From positions 65,180 to 129,179 of the forward strand of contig JAUWTJ010000001.1 of assembly GCA_030614785.1 (NCBI GenBank): a stretch of 64,000 nt of DNA, read 5' to 3'. The translations under genes and the position numbers were made by a program. Positions 29,007 through 39,356 of this stretch are shown here, one piece after another (the first letter of the stretch is position 1; each line of letters opens with the position of its first letter). Under the pieces are notes generated by a model. That model saw only the letters and a program-made list of their open reading frames with translations. It searched no databases and was not told where the DNA came from. This DNA comes from Alphaproteobacteria bacterium (GTDB taxonomy: Bacteria; Pseudomonadota; Alphaproteobacteria; M2410).

Positions 29007-30668
29007 ATGAATAGAGCTGACCGGCGCAAGACCGCAAAAACCAGTAAAGAACGAATAGACGAGTATAACGAGGCCGGACGTCAAATGATGATGCCGGGCG
29101 GCGATGCCCGTCAGGCCCAAAGCCTTTTTCGTCAGGTTCTTTCTGTGGATCCAGGCGATGCCCATGCAAACCATTATCTGGGCGTGATGGAGATGTGGAC
29201 CCGTAACTACAAGAAGGCTGAAGAACTCTTTACCCGCTCTCATAATAGAGACCCGCACAATTCAATGGTAGCCAACAATCTTGGCCTCGCATTGCACGAA
29301 CAAGGGCGACTCGCCGAGGCTATGGCTGCGTATGAAATAGCTCTCAAGTCTGATTCGAACAACGTGGAGGCCCGGGTCAATTTAGCCAGAGGTCTGCTGC
29401 AAACCAACCAGCGGGATCGCGCACTGGCAGAAGCACAAAAAGCGGTGACCATGAAGCCTGAATTCGGAACAGCGCAATTTATGCTGGGTACCATTGCACA
29501 GGAAATGGACGAGATCGAACTCGCCAGAAATGCACTTCAAAAAGCCGTAAGTCTCATCCCGGGACACAGGGAAGCCAACTTTCGTCTCTGTCGTTTGGAA
29601 TTTGATCCTGCAGATCCGGAAGGCTACCTCAAACCTTCAGCAACAGCTCTTGAAGCCAATGCAGACAATGCCAGCGCCGCCCTGACCTGGTCAGAACTCC
29701 TCATGGGCGCGGGCAAGTTTACCGAAGCAAAAGAGGTTCTCGAAAAACATGTTGGAACAGATGCACTGGCCGTCAAATCAGGTATTCTGACCAACCTGGC
29801 CAATGCCTATGCCAATCTCGGTGACTATGACACTGCAATCACATGGCACAAGAAGGCGATAGCCACCGACATAAATGACCCGGGGAACCGCTTGTTTTAC
29901 GGCCGCACCTTGCTGCAATCAGGTGACTACAAGGCGGCAGGTGAGCAACTGTGGAAGGCAAGGCAGGGATCACCCTTTTCCCAGGACCTCATTGCCATGT
30001 TGATGCTTGCGCAAAAGCTTGCTGGTCAAACCGATGCCAGTGTTTCAGATCCTGACGATCTCATTAGCGTTTCCGCTCTTGAGCCCAAAGAAGCCTGGTC
30101 TTCCGTTGAAGACCTGAACAAATCTCTTTTGAAAGATCTGGCCAGCATTGAGAAACATAGCGTTCATCCCTTTGACAAAAACCGCCGCCATGCGGACAGT
30201 ATCTGGGAAACAGTCCTCGGAATGCAAGACGTTGAGTCGATTGCTTGTCTCAGAGATTTGATTCAGGAGAAAATTATCAGCTACGTTACTGATATGCCGG
30301 ATGATATGGACAATCACCCACTGTATGGCGGCAAGAAATTCGGGCCCGGCCCCTCAGGATCCTTCGTTGAGACAGTTAATAATTTCGAGGATTTTTCCTA
30401 TGCGATTGACCAGCAGGGATGGTTCCGGATGATTTATTTCATTGATGTCCCGAAGGCCTGCGACGATGGCGACAAAAGAGCCGGTTGGCTGCGGTTTGGC
30501 GTTCCACATTTTGATACTGTGAACACCGGTAAACCCGACCACGAAGTCAAGCCCGTCGCCGGTCAAATAGTCATTTTCCCGGCTTTCTATTGGCACGGGT
30601 TCAACGCAATGATCGCCGATGAAGAATTGACCTTCCTGTCCGTTCAGGTCAGAAACGCAGTCACATAG
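29007..30668 (+). CDS. TPR protein with C-terminal 2OG-Fe(II) oxygenase-like domain (degenerate)
   Basis: Multiple TPRs (NNLGLAL..QGRL.EA); GWLRFG, G.IVIFPAFYWHG. Confidence 0.8.
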   Translation: MNRADRRKTAKTSKERIDEYNEAGRQMMMPGGDARQAQSLFRQVLSVDPGDAHANHYLGVMEMWTRNYKKAEELFTRSHNRDPHNSMVANNLGLALHEQGRLAEAMAAYEIALKSDSNNVEARVNLARGLLQTNQRDRALAEAQKAVTMKPEFGTAQFMLGTIAQEMDEIELARNALQKAVSLIPGHREANFRLCRLEFDPADPEGYLKPSATALEANADNASAALTWSELLMGAGKFTEAKEVLEKHVGTDALAVKSGILTNLANAYANLGDYDTAITWHKKAIATDINDPGNRLFYGRTLLQSGDYKAAGEQLWKARQGSPFSQDLIAMLMLAQKLAGQTDASVSDPDDLISVSALEPKEAWSSVEDLNKSLLKDLASIEKHSVHPFDKNRRHADSIWETVLGMQDVESIACLRDLIQEKIISYVTDMPDDMDNHPLYGGKKFGPGPSGSFVETVNNFEDFSYAIDQQGWFRMIYFIDVPKACDDGDKRAGWLRFGVPHFDTVNTGKPDHEVKPVAGQIVIFPAFYWHGFNAMIADEELTFLSVQVRNAVT

Positions 30669-30819
30669 AATGGGTGCATTCGGTGTTTGTGATGCAGAAC
30701 CGATGAACCAAGGTTAAGCCTGGCATTTGCTGGTAGAACCTCGGGATCACCGAAGAAAAGATAAACGAGGCACTGGTTGAAGCCCGACTCAAGTTCGGTC
30801 CGAACAACTGAATATGAAA

Positions 30820-30842
30820 GGGCCGCCGTTTTCCGGCGGCCC
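30820..30842. terminator. Hairpin terminator between convergent genes
   Basis: GGGCCGCCG-TTTTC-CGGCGGCCC, TTTC follows on the minus strand. Confidence 0.7.
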
Positions 30843-30874
30843 CATTAGTCAAAACGACTTGAAGAAGCCCAAAA

Positions 30875-31411
30875 TCACTTTTCTACTTTTGCGTCTTCGT
30901 CTCCTTCATCCAACTCAAAATCAAATTCCAGTTCAATTCCATGTTCCTTGAGCTGTTTGCGCACGTCTTCTTCATTGTTACCTTTGATGACAATAACCTT
31001 CTTGTGTGCACCCTCATGCTTCACAGGTTTATCGCCTTTCACGATGAAGACGTACTCTCCATTGGATTCAACGGTCTCGCCGTGATCATCGTCGTATTTC
31101 ACGACCCATTTATGCTTTTTGCGGTCAGAGCCAGCATGACCAAAAAAGTCATGGTCGCCCATTCCAGGAATACCATCGGCCTTCAACAATGCCAGTTGCT
31201 CCTGCACCTCCGGCGATGCCGCATCTCCTTCTATATGGATGGGCTCTTCGCCATCCCGTTTGACAACAATACTGACTTTCCTTTCCGCATCACCATGATC
31301 ACCATCGACCGTGACAAAGATTTCATGATCAGTTTCGGATGCCATTTGTGTTGTTTTACATCCGGAAACAAAAATTGCCCCGGCTGCCATTAGCGCTATT
31401 GCAATACGCAT
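30875..31411 (-). CDS. Hypothetical lipoprotein
   Basis: Lipobox-like VSGC; GGAG RBS; His/acid-rich. Confidence 0.7.
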   Translation of the reverse strand: MRIAIALMAAGAIFVSGCKTTQMASETDHEIFVTVDGDHGDAERKVSIVVKRDGEEPIHIEGDAASPEVQEQLALLKADGIPGMGDHDFFGHAGSDRKKHKWVVKYDDDHGETVESNGEYVFIVKGDKPVKHEGAHKKVIVIKGNNEEDVRKQLKEHGIELEFDFELDEGDEDAKVEK

Positions 31412-31598
31412 AGTGAACTCCTTTGTTGCCCCATACCGGTGTGGATAGTGTCCTCTGGCATCTTACGAGATCCATTCCGGAGTATTAACACGTGGCAATC
31501 TGATCCGCGCTTTTCCTATCTCGATTTTGCGCCAATCTCTTTCAAGTGTTAGCTTTACCATTGAGCCAGTTGATTCGACGGCCAAAGACCGAGGCAAA

Positions 31599-33314
31599 AT
31601 GAAAAAAAACAGGTGTGCGGCTTGCACAGGCACGCGTGACAATCCCCGAACGGTCACCTCTCTGTCGATAAGTGGATTGGCGCTTTTTTTCATCGTGTGC
31701 CTTGCCCCCTTGCCGGCCTTCGCCGACGACGCCGCTGTTCTTACCATCACACCCGGCATCCTCAGCCTGCTTCCCGCTATCATCGCGATATCCTTTGCCT
31801 TTCTCTTGCGTCAGGTCATCCCTGCAATATTCGCCGGGCTGTGGGCCGGGGCTATCCTGACACACGGCATAAGCATCAAGGGCCTGTGGCAAGGCCTTTT
31901 GGACAGCGTTGGCGTCTACATTCTGAATGCCCTGGCCGACAAGGATCACATGTCAATTATCATCTTTAGCCTGATGATAGGCGGTATGGTCGGTATCATC
32001 AGTCGCAATGGCGGCATGGCCGGTATCGTTCGCAGCCTGTCCGCCATCGCATCGACACGCGAACGTGGACAGATTGCGACAAGCCTCCTCGGGACGGCGA
32101 TATTCTTTGATGACTACGCCAACACAATGGTCGTTGGCAATACCATGCGCCCCATCACAGATCGCCTCAAAATCTCCAGAGAAAAACTGGCTTATCTGGT
32201 TGATTCCACCGCCGCGCCGGTCGCGTCCATTGCCCTGGTTACAACCTGGATCGGATTTCAGGTCGGTCTGATTGATGATGCCACAAGGGACCTTGACGGC
32301 ATTACGCAGAGCGGTTACGCAATCTTCCTGAGCGCCCTTCCCTACGGGTTCTATTCAATCCTCGCCATTGTCTTTGTCTATCTCATAGCTGCCAGCGGTC
32401 GTGACTTTGGTCCCATGCTTGAGGCAGAACAAAATGCAGCCACGTCTGTTCCTGGATATGAAGGCCCCACTTTTGAAACGCCCGAAGCCCCTGCCAGAGC
32501 AATCAACGCTCTTCTGCCACTAGGTGTTCTGATCCTGGGAACTCTCGCCGGGATCTATTGGACCGGAAAGGCCGGACTGCCAGAAACAGCGTCCTTGCTG
32601 GACATTATCGGTAACGGCAACTCTTATCAGGCGATGCTTTGGTCTTCCACTCTTGCAGTGATAACCGCCATTGCCATGTCGCTCGTCACGCGGAGCCTCG
32701 CTCTTGAGGAGGCCCTCAATGCCTGGATGGAAGGCCTCAAGGTCCTTGTTCCGGCCATCATAATCCTGACCCTCGCGTGGTCTCTTGCCGGGGTCAATGA
32801 AGCGCTTCATACCGCCGAATTTCTCTCGACAACCTTGTCAGGCCAGATCGCGCCAGCTTTCTTGCCAACCTTGATTTTTGTTCTCGCCGCAGCGATGGCC
32901 TTTGCGACAGGGTCCAGTTGGGGCGTTATGGGTATTCTCATACCCCTTGCTGTTCCTCTCACATGGGCGGTTCTCGCGCCGACCGGCGTCGATGTCGCCA
33001 GCAGCCCGATTTTCCTTGCAAGCACTGCAGCACTACTTTCCGGCGCAGTATGGGGAGATCATTGTTCGCCGATTTCCGACACGACCATTCTGTCATCAAT
33101 GGCGTCAGGCTGCGACCACATCGCTCACATCAAGACACAGATCCCCTATGCGCTCACAGTTGGTATTGTCGCAATCCTCGCAGGCTCATTGCCGACCGGA
33201 TTCGGTGTGCCGGTCTGGCTCTGCCTCGCGGCAGGTGTTTCAGTGCTTGTCGGTATTATCACAGTCTTTGGCAAACCGGCGAGTATCCGCGAAGCAGATC
33301 AACCGAATAATTGA
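31599..33314 (+). CDS. Na+/H+ antiporter NhaC family transporter
   Basis: IFFDDYAN, SREKLAYLVDSTAAP, FATGSSWG, GDHCSPISDTT; start uncertain. Confidence 0.9.
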   Translation: MKKNRCAACTGTRDNPRTVTSLSISGLALFFIVCLAPLPAFADDAAVLTITPGILSLLPAIIAISFAFLLRQVIPAIFAGLWAGAILTHGISIKGLWQGLLDSVGVYILNALADKDHMSIIIFSLMIGGMVGIISRNGGMAGIVRSLSAIASTRERGQIATSLLGTAIFFDDYANTMVVGNTMRPITDRLKISREKLAYLVDSTAAPVASIALVTTWIGFQVGLIDDATRDLDGITQSGYAIFLSALPYGFYSILAIVFVYLIAASGRDFGPMLEAEQNAATSVPGYEGPTFETPEAPARAINALLPLGVLILGTLAGIYWTGKAGLPETASLLDIIGNGNSYQAMLWSSTLAVITAIAMSLVTRSLALEEALNAWMEGLKVLVPAIIILTLAWSLAGVNEALHTAEFLSTTLSGQIAPAFLPTLIFVLAAAMAFATGSSWGVMGILIPLAVPLTWAVLAPTGVDVASSPIFLASTAALLSGAVWGDHCSPISDTTILSSMASGCDHIAHIKTQIPYALTVGIVAILAGSLPTGFGVPVWLCLAAGVSVLVGIITVFGKPASIREADQPNN

Positions 33315-33910
33315 TCAATTTCATCCTGAGACTGAGCATCTGAAGAGCCGTCACCGCTTTCTTCTCGATTGGACATCTCGGAAGAGCCGCCGGGTTTCAA
33401 TCTGGCATCCTCGGAACCGCTGTGAATGATCGCATTGAGCTCAGACAGATGGTCCTGCATTTCGGCTTGCGCACTATTTACAATAGTGCGGGTTTGATTA
33501 TCGAAGGTGCCGTCGGCGGCGCCTGCGTTCATCAACACATCCAGGACTGAAAGAATAAGACTATCCAGTTGTGAAACCGCACTTTCAAATCGTGTGCGAA
33601 CTTCTGGCGACGCCATGCCCCAGGCCTTGATAACAAGATCACGCGCGACAAATCCGCTATCCTGAAAATGCTCCACATAGGTCGCCGGGCGCCATCCTGC
33701 AGCCTCTTCCATGAGGTCGGGCATATCCAATGCCATTTCCAGCAACATCACGATTTCATTAAAGTGATTGAGATAATCGGTCGCAAGGAAGCTGTCCGGA
33801 TTGATATTGGCTGCAGCCAATTCAGATCGGAATACCTCTTCCTCGGATGTAAGCCTGTCTTCCACTGCAATCCACCCCTGGCCTTCCGGCGCACTTCTAG
33901 CTGTTCTCAA
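33299..33910 (-). CDS. Conserved hypothetical protein with CheZ-like C-terminal tail
   Basis: ANINPDSFLATDYLNHFNE motif; ends QSQDEIDQLFG. Confidence 0.7.
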   Translation of the reverse strand: MRTARSAPEGQGWIAVEDRLTSEEEVFRSELAAANINPDSFLATDYLNHFNEIVMLLEMALDMPDLMEEAAGWRPATYVEHFQDSGFVARDLVIKAWGMASPEVRTRFESAVSQLDSLILSVLDVLMNAGAADGTFDNQTRTIVNSAQAEMQDHLSELNAIIHSGSEDARLKPGGSSEMSNREESGDGSSDAQSQDEIDQLFG

Positions 33911-33979
33911 TCTAGATCAAGAATGATGACTTTCAGTTAACAGGTGGCAGAAGGACACCAATTGTGAGGTTTTATGATC

Positions 33980-35704
33980 TCAAAAACAACTCTGAAGGAC
34001 CGAGCAGGCACTCGATAGAACCTCGGGTGGCAGGCCGTTGGCATCAATTCTGTTCCATGTGACTTCGCCGGCTCCTCTGGCGAGTTGATCGCAAATGACC
34101 TGTCTGTCCGCGTCTGAAACATCTGATGTTCGTGCTGAGACCCGCTCCATAACCAGGTCCCTGTCGGCCTCCAGCCACAGGCCGCAAAAAGGAATCCGTC
34201 TTTTTGCGGCAATATCTTCGAGCTGGGCGCGGCGTTCATCATCCAGAAATGTTGCATCGACAATCACACTAAACCCGCTTGTCAAGGCACGATGAGCATC
34301 GCGGCAGAGCGCTCGAAAGACCCGCTTGTTAACCCTGAAGGCGTAGGCCCCTTTCGGCAAGGGTACGAGAGCGGACTGATGGAAAAGATGCTTTCTCACG
34401 GCATCACTTCTGAGGACAATTGCCCCTGCATGTGAAAAATTCGACGTTGCCACTCGGCGCGCCAGCGTCGACTTGCCAGTTCCGGAAACACCGCCGATCG
34501 CAACAAGCACCGGAGCGGAGCGTTCAAGAAAGGCTCCCGCAAGATCGAAGTAAGTCTGGGCCGCAATCTTGTCGGCAGTATCTGCGTGCGAGGACTGAAA
34601 TTCCAGAGCATGAACCATAGCGCGCACACCCGCGCGCAGCGACATGAAAAGAGGAAGAACGTGCAGCCCCGAATAATCCCCGGTCATTTCCAGATAGCGA
34701 TTGAGAAGCAGGTTGCCAAGACCAAAGGCACGAGCGCAAATCAGATCCATGACCGGAAAGGCCAGATCATACATCACATCAATTGAGGAGTACTCATCCC
34801 CAAACTCAATAGCATCAAAGGGTGTCGGACGTCCGTTTATAAGGCAGATATTACTGAGATGAAGGTCCCCGTGGCACTGCCGAACAAACCCTGCTCGCCG
34901 CCTTAAATCGAGACGCCGAGAATGGCGCTCAAGCTCCACCTCCATTGCTTGCGCCCAATTTGCGACGGACCCTGTCGAAAACAAATCCCCGTCAAACCTC
35001 GACAATGTTTTAACGAGACCTTGAAGCGTATGTCTTACCGATTCTCCTCCACCAAACTCCGGCCGCCATTCAGAACTCAGATGCAATTTCGCAATTTGCT
35101 CGGCTAGATCTGAGATCAAGGTCTCCTTGAGGTCGTTTCTGGCATAAAGACGATTGAACAATGTTTGGTCGTCGAAGCGATTCATCCTGACGATATATTC
35201 GACGACCTTGCCATCGCCGTCGAACTCAAACCCGGTGTCGCAAGCCGTAATGGCTGAAACACCGAGATATATTTCAGGGGCTGTCCGCCGGTTAATCTCT
35301 ACCTCGCGCTCACAGGCCACCCGCCGATCTTCCAGTGTGGTGAAATCAAGAAACTCCAGCTTGACAGCTCTTTTCAGTTTCCAGGCAAAAGCACCAACAA
35401 GAAAGACGTGGGATATATGGGTGACAATGTGTTCATCGGGTGCCTGGCCAAAAGCGCCGCCCCCGGAGAGGAATCGGATCACATCACCCTGGCGAACAGG
35501 AGCCTCAACACCTGATGCTTCGTCGGGACGATATTCCGCGCTCTTCAATTTTCGGTGACCCTGTCCCAACGCAACTCTCCGATCCAATATCCAGGACCAA
35601 CTGCCGAAAACCTTTTCGCGGCCTGCAGATCCTGCGTCATATCCCCGGGGCAAGATCTGAATTAGAGTACCAAATGGCGAAAAATAAAAGTCCAAAGCGT
35701 TCAA
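33980..35704 (-). CDS. Phosphotransferase (APH-like) plus AAA_33 kinase fusion; real start probably near 35500
   Basis: THISHVFL, CHGDLHLSNI, FDAIEF, GVSGTGKS. Confidence 0.88.
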   Translation of the reverse strand: MNALDFYFSPFGTLIQILPRGYDAGSAGREKVFGSWSWILDRRVALGQGHRKLKSAEYRPDEASGVEAPVRQGDVIRFLSGGGAFGQAPDEHIVTHISHVFLVGAFAWKLKRAVKLEFLDFTTLEDRRVACEREVEINRRTAPEIYLGVSAITACDTGFEFDGDGKVVEYIVRMNRFDDQTLFNRLYARNDLKETLISDLAEQIAKLHLSSEWRPEFGGGESVRHTLQGLVKTLSRFDGDLFSTGSVANWAQAMEVELERHSRRLDLRRRAGFVRQCHGDLHLSNICLINGRPTPFDAIEFGDEYSSIDVMYDLAFPVMDLICARAFGLGNLLLNRYLEMTGDYSGLHVLPLFMSLRAGVRAMVHALEFQSSHADTADKIAAQTYFDLAGAFLERSAPVLVAIGGVSGTGKSTLARRVATSNFSHAGAIVLRSDAVRKHLFHQSALVPLPKGAYAFRVNKRVFRALCRDAHRALTSGFSVIVDATFLDDERRAQLEDIAAKRRIPFCGLWLEADRDLVMERVSARTSDVSDADRQVICDQLARGAGEVTWNRIDANGLPPEVLSSACSVLQSCF

Positions 35705-35820
35705 AGATCTATGGCATATTGCCGCGGAGCAACCTCCGGCATACTCGGTTTTCGCTAAAGACTGCGCCCTTGCAGAGATTGAGTTTCATTCTGATTTCCA
35801 CCGTCACAAGGATTAACCCT

Positions 35821-36918
35821 ATGACCAAAACTATCGATTTCCAGGTCAGGCGTGACAATATCGCCGTCACCCGCACAGTTTCCTTAACAGGCCAGTCAGA
35901 AGCCGATCTGACCGATGGTGAAGTTCTCCTCCACCTCGACCGCTTCGCTTTTACCGCCAACAACATCACCTATGCGGTGGCGGGCGACATGATGTCTTAT
36001 TGGAATTTCTTTCCGGCCGCGGACGGGTGGGGCCGCATTCCGGTCTGGGGTTTTGGAGATGTCATCGCATCAAGACACGGGAGTATTGAGGTCGGCGCGC
36101 GCTACTACGGATATTTTCCTATGTCGACACACCTGACCATCAAGCCGGACCGTGTCACCGATCAGGGCTTTTCCGATGGCTGCGATCACCGCAAGGATCT
36201 CCATGCCGTTTACAACCAGTACACAGCAACAACAAACGATCCGATATACACCTCCGCAAGCGAGGACCTGCAGTTGCTCTTTCGACCACTCTTCACAACT
36301 GCTTTTCTGATCGATGATTTCCTTGATGACAATGCATATTTCGGCGCTGATCAGGTTATCGTTTCAAGCGCATCAGCCAAGACAGCCTTTGGCACCGCCC
36401 GCCTTCTGTCCGCCCGCAAGTCCTGCCAGGTCATCGGCCTGACGTCGCAAGCCAACAAGGACTTTGTGACCGGCCTTGGCTGCTACGATAAAGTCGGAAC
36501 CTACGAAGATGTTGAAACTCTTGATACTGGTGCAGCGGCCGCTTTCGTCGATATTGCAGGTAATGGGTCGGTTCGCGCCCGGCTCCATCATCACTTCAAG
36601 GGCAACCTCAAATATTCATGTACCGTCGGCGCCTCGCACTGGAACCAGGGCGCGGACACCGGCGATCTGCCCGGCGCAAAACCGATGCTCTTTTTTGCTC
36701 CCGCGCAGGGACAAAAACGCAATCAGGATTGGGGCCCCGCCGTCTTTCAGGAACGGTTCATGGCCGCATGGATCGATTTCACCGGGTTCATCGCAGACCA
36801 GATCTCCATTGACCACGATATCGGTACCGCGGCGATCGAGACCCTCTACCAGGCCATGCTGGCAGGCAATGTTGCGCCCGATCACGCGCACATCGCCGGC
36901 TTTGATATTGAGAGCTAG
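35821..36918 (+). CDS. DUF2855 family protein
   Basis: FAFTANNITYA, YWNFFP, PVWGF, SSASAKTA. Confidence 0.85.
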   Translation: MTKTIDFQVRRDNIAVTRTVSLTGQSEADLTDGEVLLHLDRFAFTANNITYAVAGDMMSYWNFFPAADGWGRIPVWGFGDVIASRHGSIEVGARYYGYFPMSTHLTIKPDRVTDQGFSDGCDHRKDLHAVYNQYTATTNDPIYTSASEDLQLLFRPLFTTAFLIDDFLDDNAYFGADQVIVSSASAKTAFGTARLLSARKSCQVIGLTSQANKDFVTGLGCYDKVGTYEDVETLDTGAAAAFVDIAGNGSVRARLHHHFKGNLKYSCTVGASHWNQGADTGDLPGAKPMLFFAPAQGQKRNQDWGPAVFQERFMAAWIDFTGFIADQISIDHDIGTAAIETLYQAMLAGNVAPDHAHIAGFDIES

Positions 36919-37709
36919 TCCCGCCCTGGGTAGCTCGCACCCATGCCGGCGCGAACATCGTTTTGCAGACCATAGGCCGGGATTGGATAGCGCAGACCGT
37001 TGCGCGCCAAATGCTCAAGACCGTCGATAACCTTGGGCAAAAAGTGCGGCGGCAACGCCATAAGAAGCTCATCCTCCATCACGCCGCCATAGCGCCGCTC
37101 CGCAAAGCAAGGGATCGAAAGGCTCGGCTCACCCGTCGCCCGCGCTCGGCCCCAGGAATCGGCACAGGCACTTTCACCGACACAGCCCCATTCCAGTTTC
37201 TTGTATCCCGTCCACTGCAATCCGTTGATAAAGAGGATCATCTGCGCCGGGGTTGCGTAGATGAGACAAATGTCCGGTTGGCCAAGGCGGCCAGCCGCGA
37301 GCGGCGAGACCGCCATCGCTTCAAATTGCCCGTAGGGCATCACATCCATCGCCGCCTGATGGGCTGCGGCGTCTTCCGGGCTGTCATACCAGACCCCGGC
37401 ATAGTTGGCGCCCGCCTGCCACTCCTCATCCTGCGCTCCAAGACCCAGCACAGCGGCGCACTGCGACCCGACAAGATCCTTCGCTGTCACACCGACCGTC
37501 CAGTTGAGCCTTGCTGCCTGGCCGACGATCTGATCCGCTGCGAGGATATGATCGGGCCGTCTTAATTTCGGGACAGTGGCCAGATCACTTTCCTTCTCGA
37601 ACCACTTCATGCCGATCGGCGTGGTTCGCAATCGGAGCAATCGGTTGAGATCATCGACCAGAGCAGGCCATTCATAGGCATCCGGATTTAATTCAGTATC
37701 GGCGGTCAC
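36915..37709 (-). CDS. DUF169 family protein
   Basis: LRLRTTPIG, ESACADS, SIPCFAERRYGG..EDEL. Confidence 0.85.
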   Translation of the reverse strand: MTADTELNPDAYEWPALVDDLNRLLRLRTTPIGMKWFEKESDLATVPKLRRPDHILAADQIVGQAARLNWTVGVTAKDLVGSQCAAVLGLGAQDEEWQAGANYAGVWYDSPEDAAAHQAAMDVMPYGQFEAMAVSPLAAGRLGQPDICLIYATPAQMILFINGLQWTGYKKLEWGCVGESACADSWGRARATGEPSLSIPCFAERRYGGVMEDELLMALPPHFLPKVIDGLEHLARNGLRYPIPAYGLQNDVRAGMGASYPGRD

Positions 37710-37796
37710 AGGCTTTCTCCCTTGCATCATTCTTGATGAAGGCATTAAAGGCTGCATACTCCAATCAAGCAACAGGAAACGCTATCAACTTCCCGC

Positions 37797-37837
37797 ACAA
37801 GAAAGCCGCCAGCGCGTGGGCGTCCGGCGGCTCTTGT
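37797..37837 (-). terminator. Probable terminator after the globin-MCP gene
   Basis: ACAAGAAAGCCGCC...GGCGGCTCTTGT inverted repeat. Confidence 0.55.
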
Positions 37838-37856
37838 ACAAAACTTGGAGTATTGC

Positions 37857-38621
37857 CTATCCGACCAGGCGAACGATCTCTGCAATATTTGAGTGCAGAT
37901 TGGTAACGACCTGTCTGATTTCATTTGTTGCATCGGTTGTCTGACCTGACAGCGCCTTGACTTCATGGGCAACCACAGCAAAGCCGCGCCCCGCATCACC
38001 GGCCCGCGCGGCCTCAATCGTCGCGTTGAGAGCAAGAAGTTTAGTCTGGCTTGCGACCAGGTCAATCTTCTCGGCGACACTCCCGACCCGCTTAATCTCA
38101 GCCTGCAGCTGTTCGATTTGGCGGCGAATAATCTCAAAATCCTGAGTAGATTCTTCTACATTCTTACTCGTACTCAACTCCATTACAGCCAGCTCCTCTT
38201 GTTGTTCATTTCTATATTCGTTTGCAGCTTCAATCATTACCGTGGCCAACAAGGTATAGGCCGCAAGCCACGCATCTTTGACCTCATCCGTAAAGGCATC
38301 CCCCAGCCCCTGTTCCAGGGTCCAGATCAGCGCCTGGCCAACAACATCATAGTGCCAGTCCTCGACGCCGTACCCGACATGGGAAGCCCCAAGCTGTTGA
38401 ACAGTCGGCACGATTGTCTCAAGGTCAGTAAGGCCCGAAACTACAGTTGCCAATGCCGCCATCAGCTTTTTGCCCTGCTCTGTCACATCTTCAGGAAACA
38501 TCGCGCGGGTCGAGGGTTCGATCTCAAACAGCCGACCATAAAACAGATCTGCTGCTGCTTCCTTGATTGGTACGACAAGCTTGAACGTATCCTGAACAAG
38601 AGCAATTTGATCGGCTTCCAT
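37857..38621 (-). CDS. Globin fused to a truncated MCP signalling tip
   Basis: Globin aa 1-137; C-terminal [33 protein letters not shown]. Confidence 0.9.
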   Translation of the reverse strand: MEADQIALVQDTFKLVVPIKEAAADLFYGRLFEIEPSTRAMFPEDVTEQGKKLMAALATVVSGLTDLETIVPTVQQLGASHVGYGVEDWHYDVVGQALIWTLEQGLGDAFTDEVKDAWLAAYTLLATVMIEAANEYRNEQQEELAVMELSTSKNVEESTQDFEIIRRQIEQLQAEIKRVGSVAEKIDLVASQTKLLALNATIEAARAGDAGRGFAVVAHEVKALSGQTTDATNEIRQVVTNLHSNIAEIVRLVG

Positions 38622-38705
38622 AATTATCCCCTTCTCTATCGATCCTCAGAAAACCTCCATTTGACTGGACATCTCCTTCATCGGATCAAATATCCCACAG
38701 AGAAA

Positions 38706-38721
38706 TTAAAGCCCAATTAAC
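38706..38721. promoter_or_regulatory. Perfect CtrA box upstream of the globin-MCP gene
   Basis: TTAA-AGCCCAA-TTAAC. Confidence 0.7.
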
Positions 38722-38770
38722 CACGCCTGCAAACTTGAAAGTTGCTGTCAAAAAATACCTCACCGGAGCG

Positions 38771-38803
38771 AAAAAAGCCGTCGGCACCATGGCACCGACG
38801 GCT
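38771..38803 (-). terminator. Rho-independent terminator after the single globin
   Basis: AGCCGTCGG..CCGACGGCT stem followed by a T run on the minus strand. Confidence 0.8.
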
Positions 38804-38841
38804 GATATCTCGGGAAAAACCCGGGATCATCAGGATAACGT

Positions 38842-39279
38842 TTATGATGCTTGCGCTTCTTGTTGGCTGCGGTGCTCGTTTGCAGCATCAGTCATAACAT
38901 TGGCAAGCAACGTATAGGCCGCAAGCCAGGCGTCCCTGACCTCAACAGTAAAGGCATCGCCCAGACCCTGTTCCAGGGTCCAGATCAAAGCCTCACCGAC
39001 CACACCGTAGTGCTCATCCTTGACCCCGTACCCGACATGGGAAACGCCAAGTTTTTGTACCGTCGGCACGATTGTCTCAAGGGCGGTAAGGCCCGATACC
39101 ACAGTCCCCAGCGCCGCCATCAGCTTCTTGCCCTGCTCCGTCACATCTTCAGGAAACATTGGCCTCACTGAAGGTTCAAGTTCAAACAAACGATTGTAGA
39201 AAAGCTCTGCAGCAGTTTCCTTGATTGGCACGACCAGTTTGAATGTGTCCTGCACAAGGGCTATTTGGTTGGCTTCCAT
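38842..39279 (-). CDS. Single-domain globin (flavohaemoglobin-like family)
   Basis: [30 protein letters not shown]. Confidence 0.92.
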   Translation of the reverse strand: MEANQIALVQDTFKLVVPIKETAAELFYNRLFELEPSVRPMFPEDVTEQGKKLMAALGTVVSGLTALETIVPTVQKLGVSHVGYGVKDEHYGVVGEALIWTLEQGLGDAFTVEVRDAWLAAYTLLANVMTDAANEHRSQQEAQAS

Positions 39280-39356
39280 GAATTTTCCTTCCGGTTTTGC
39301 AAGGCATCACTCCGCACGGATGCCTCATCTTCAACCTTCAGGAGATCACAAAAAAA

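Noticed and set aside
30720-30812. Protein-like fragment NLGITEEKINEALVEARLKFGPNN
   Set aside because: Preceded by an in-frame stop and no start; too short to assign
35440-35820. N-terminal extension of the 492-aa ORF overlapping the AAA/APH ORF
   Set aside because: DUF2855 similarity starts at ATG 35821; the overlap is an artefact of longest-ORF calling
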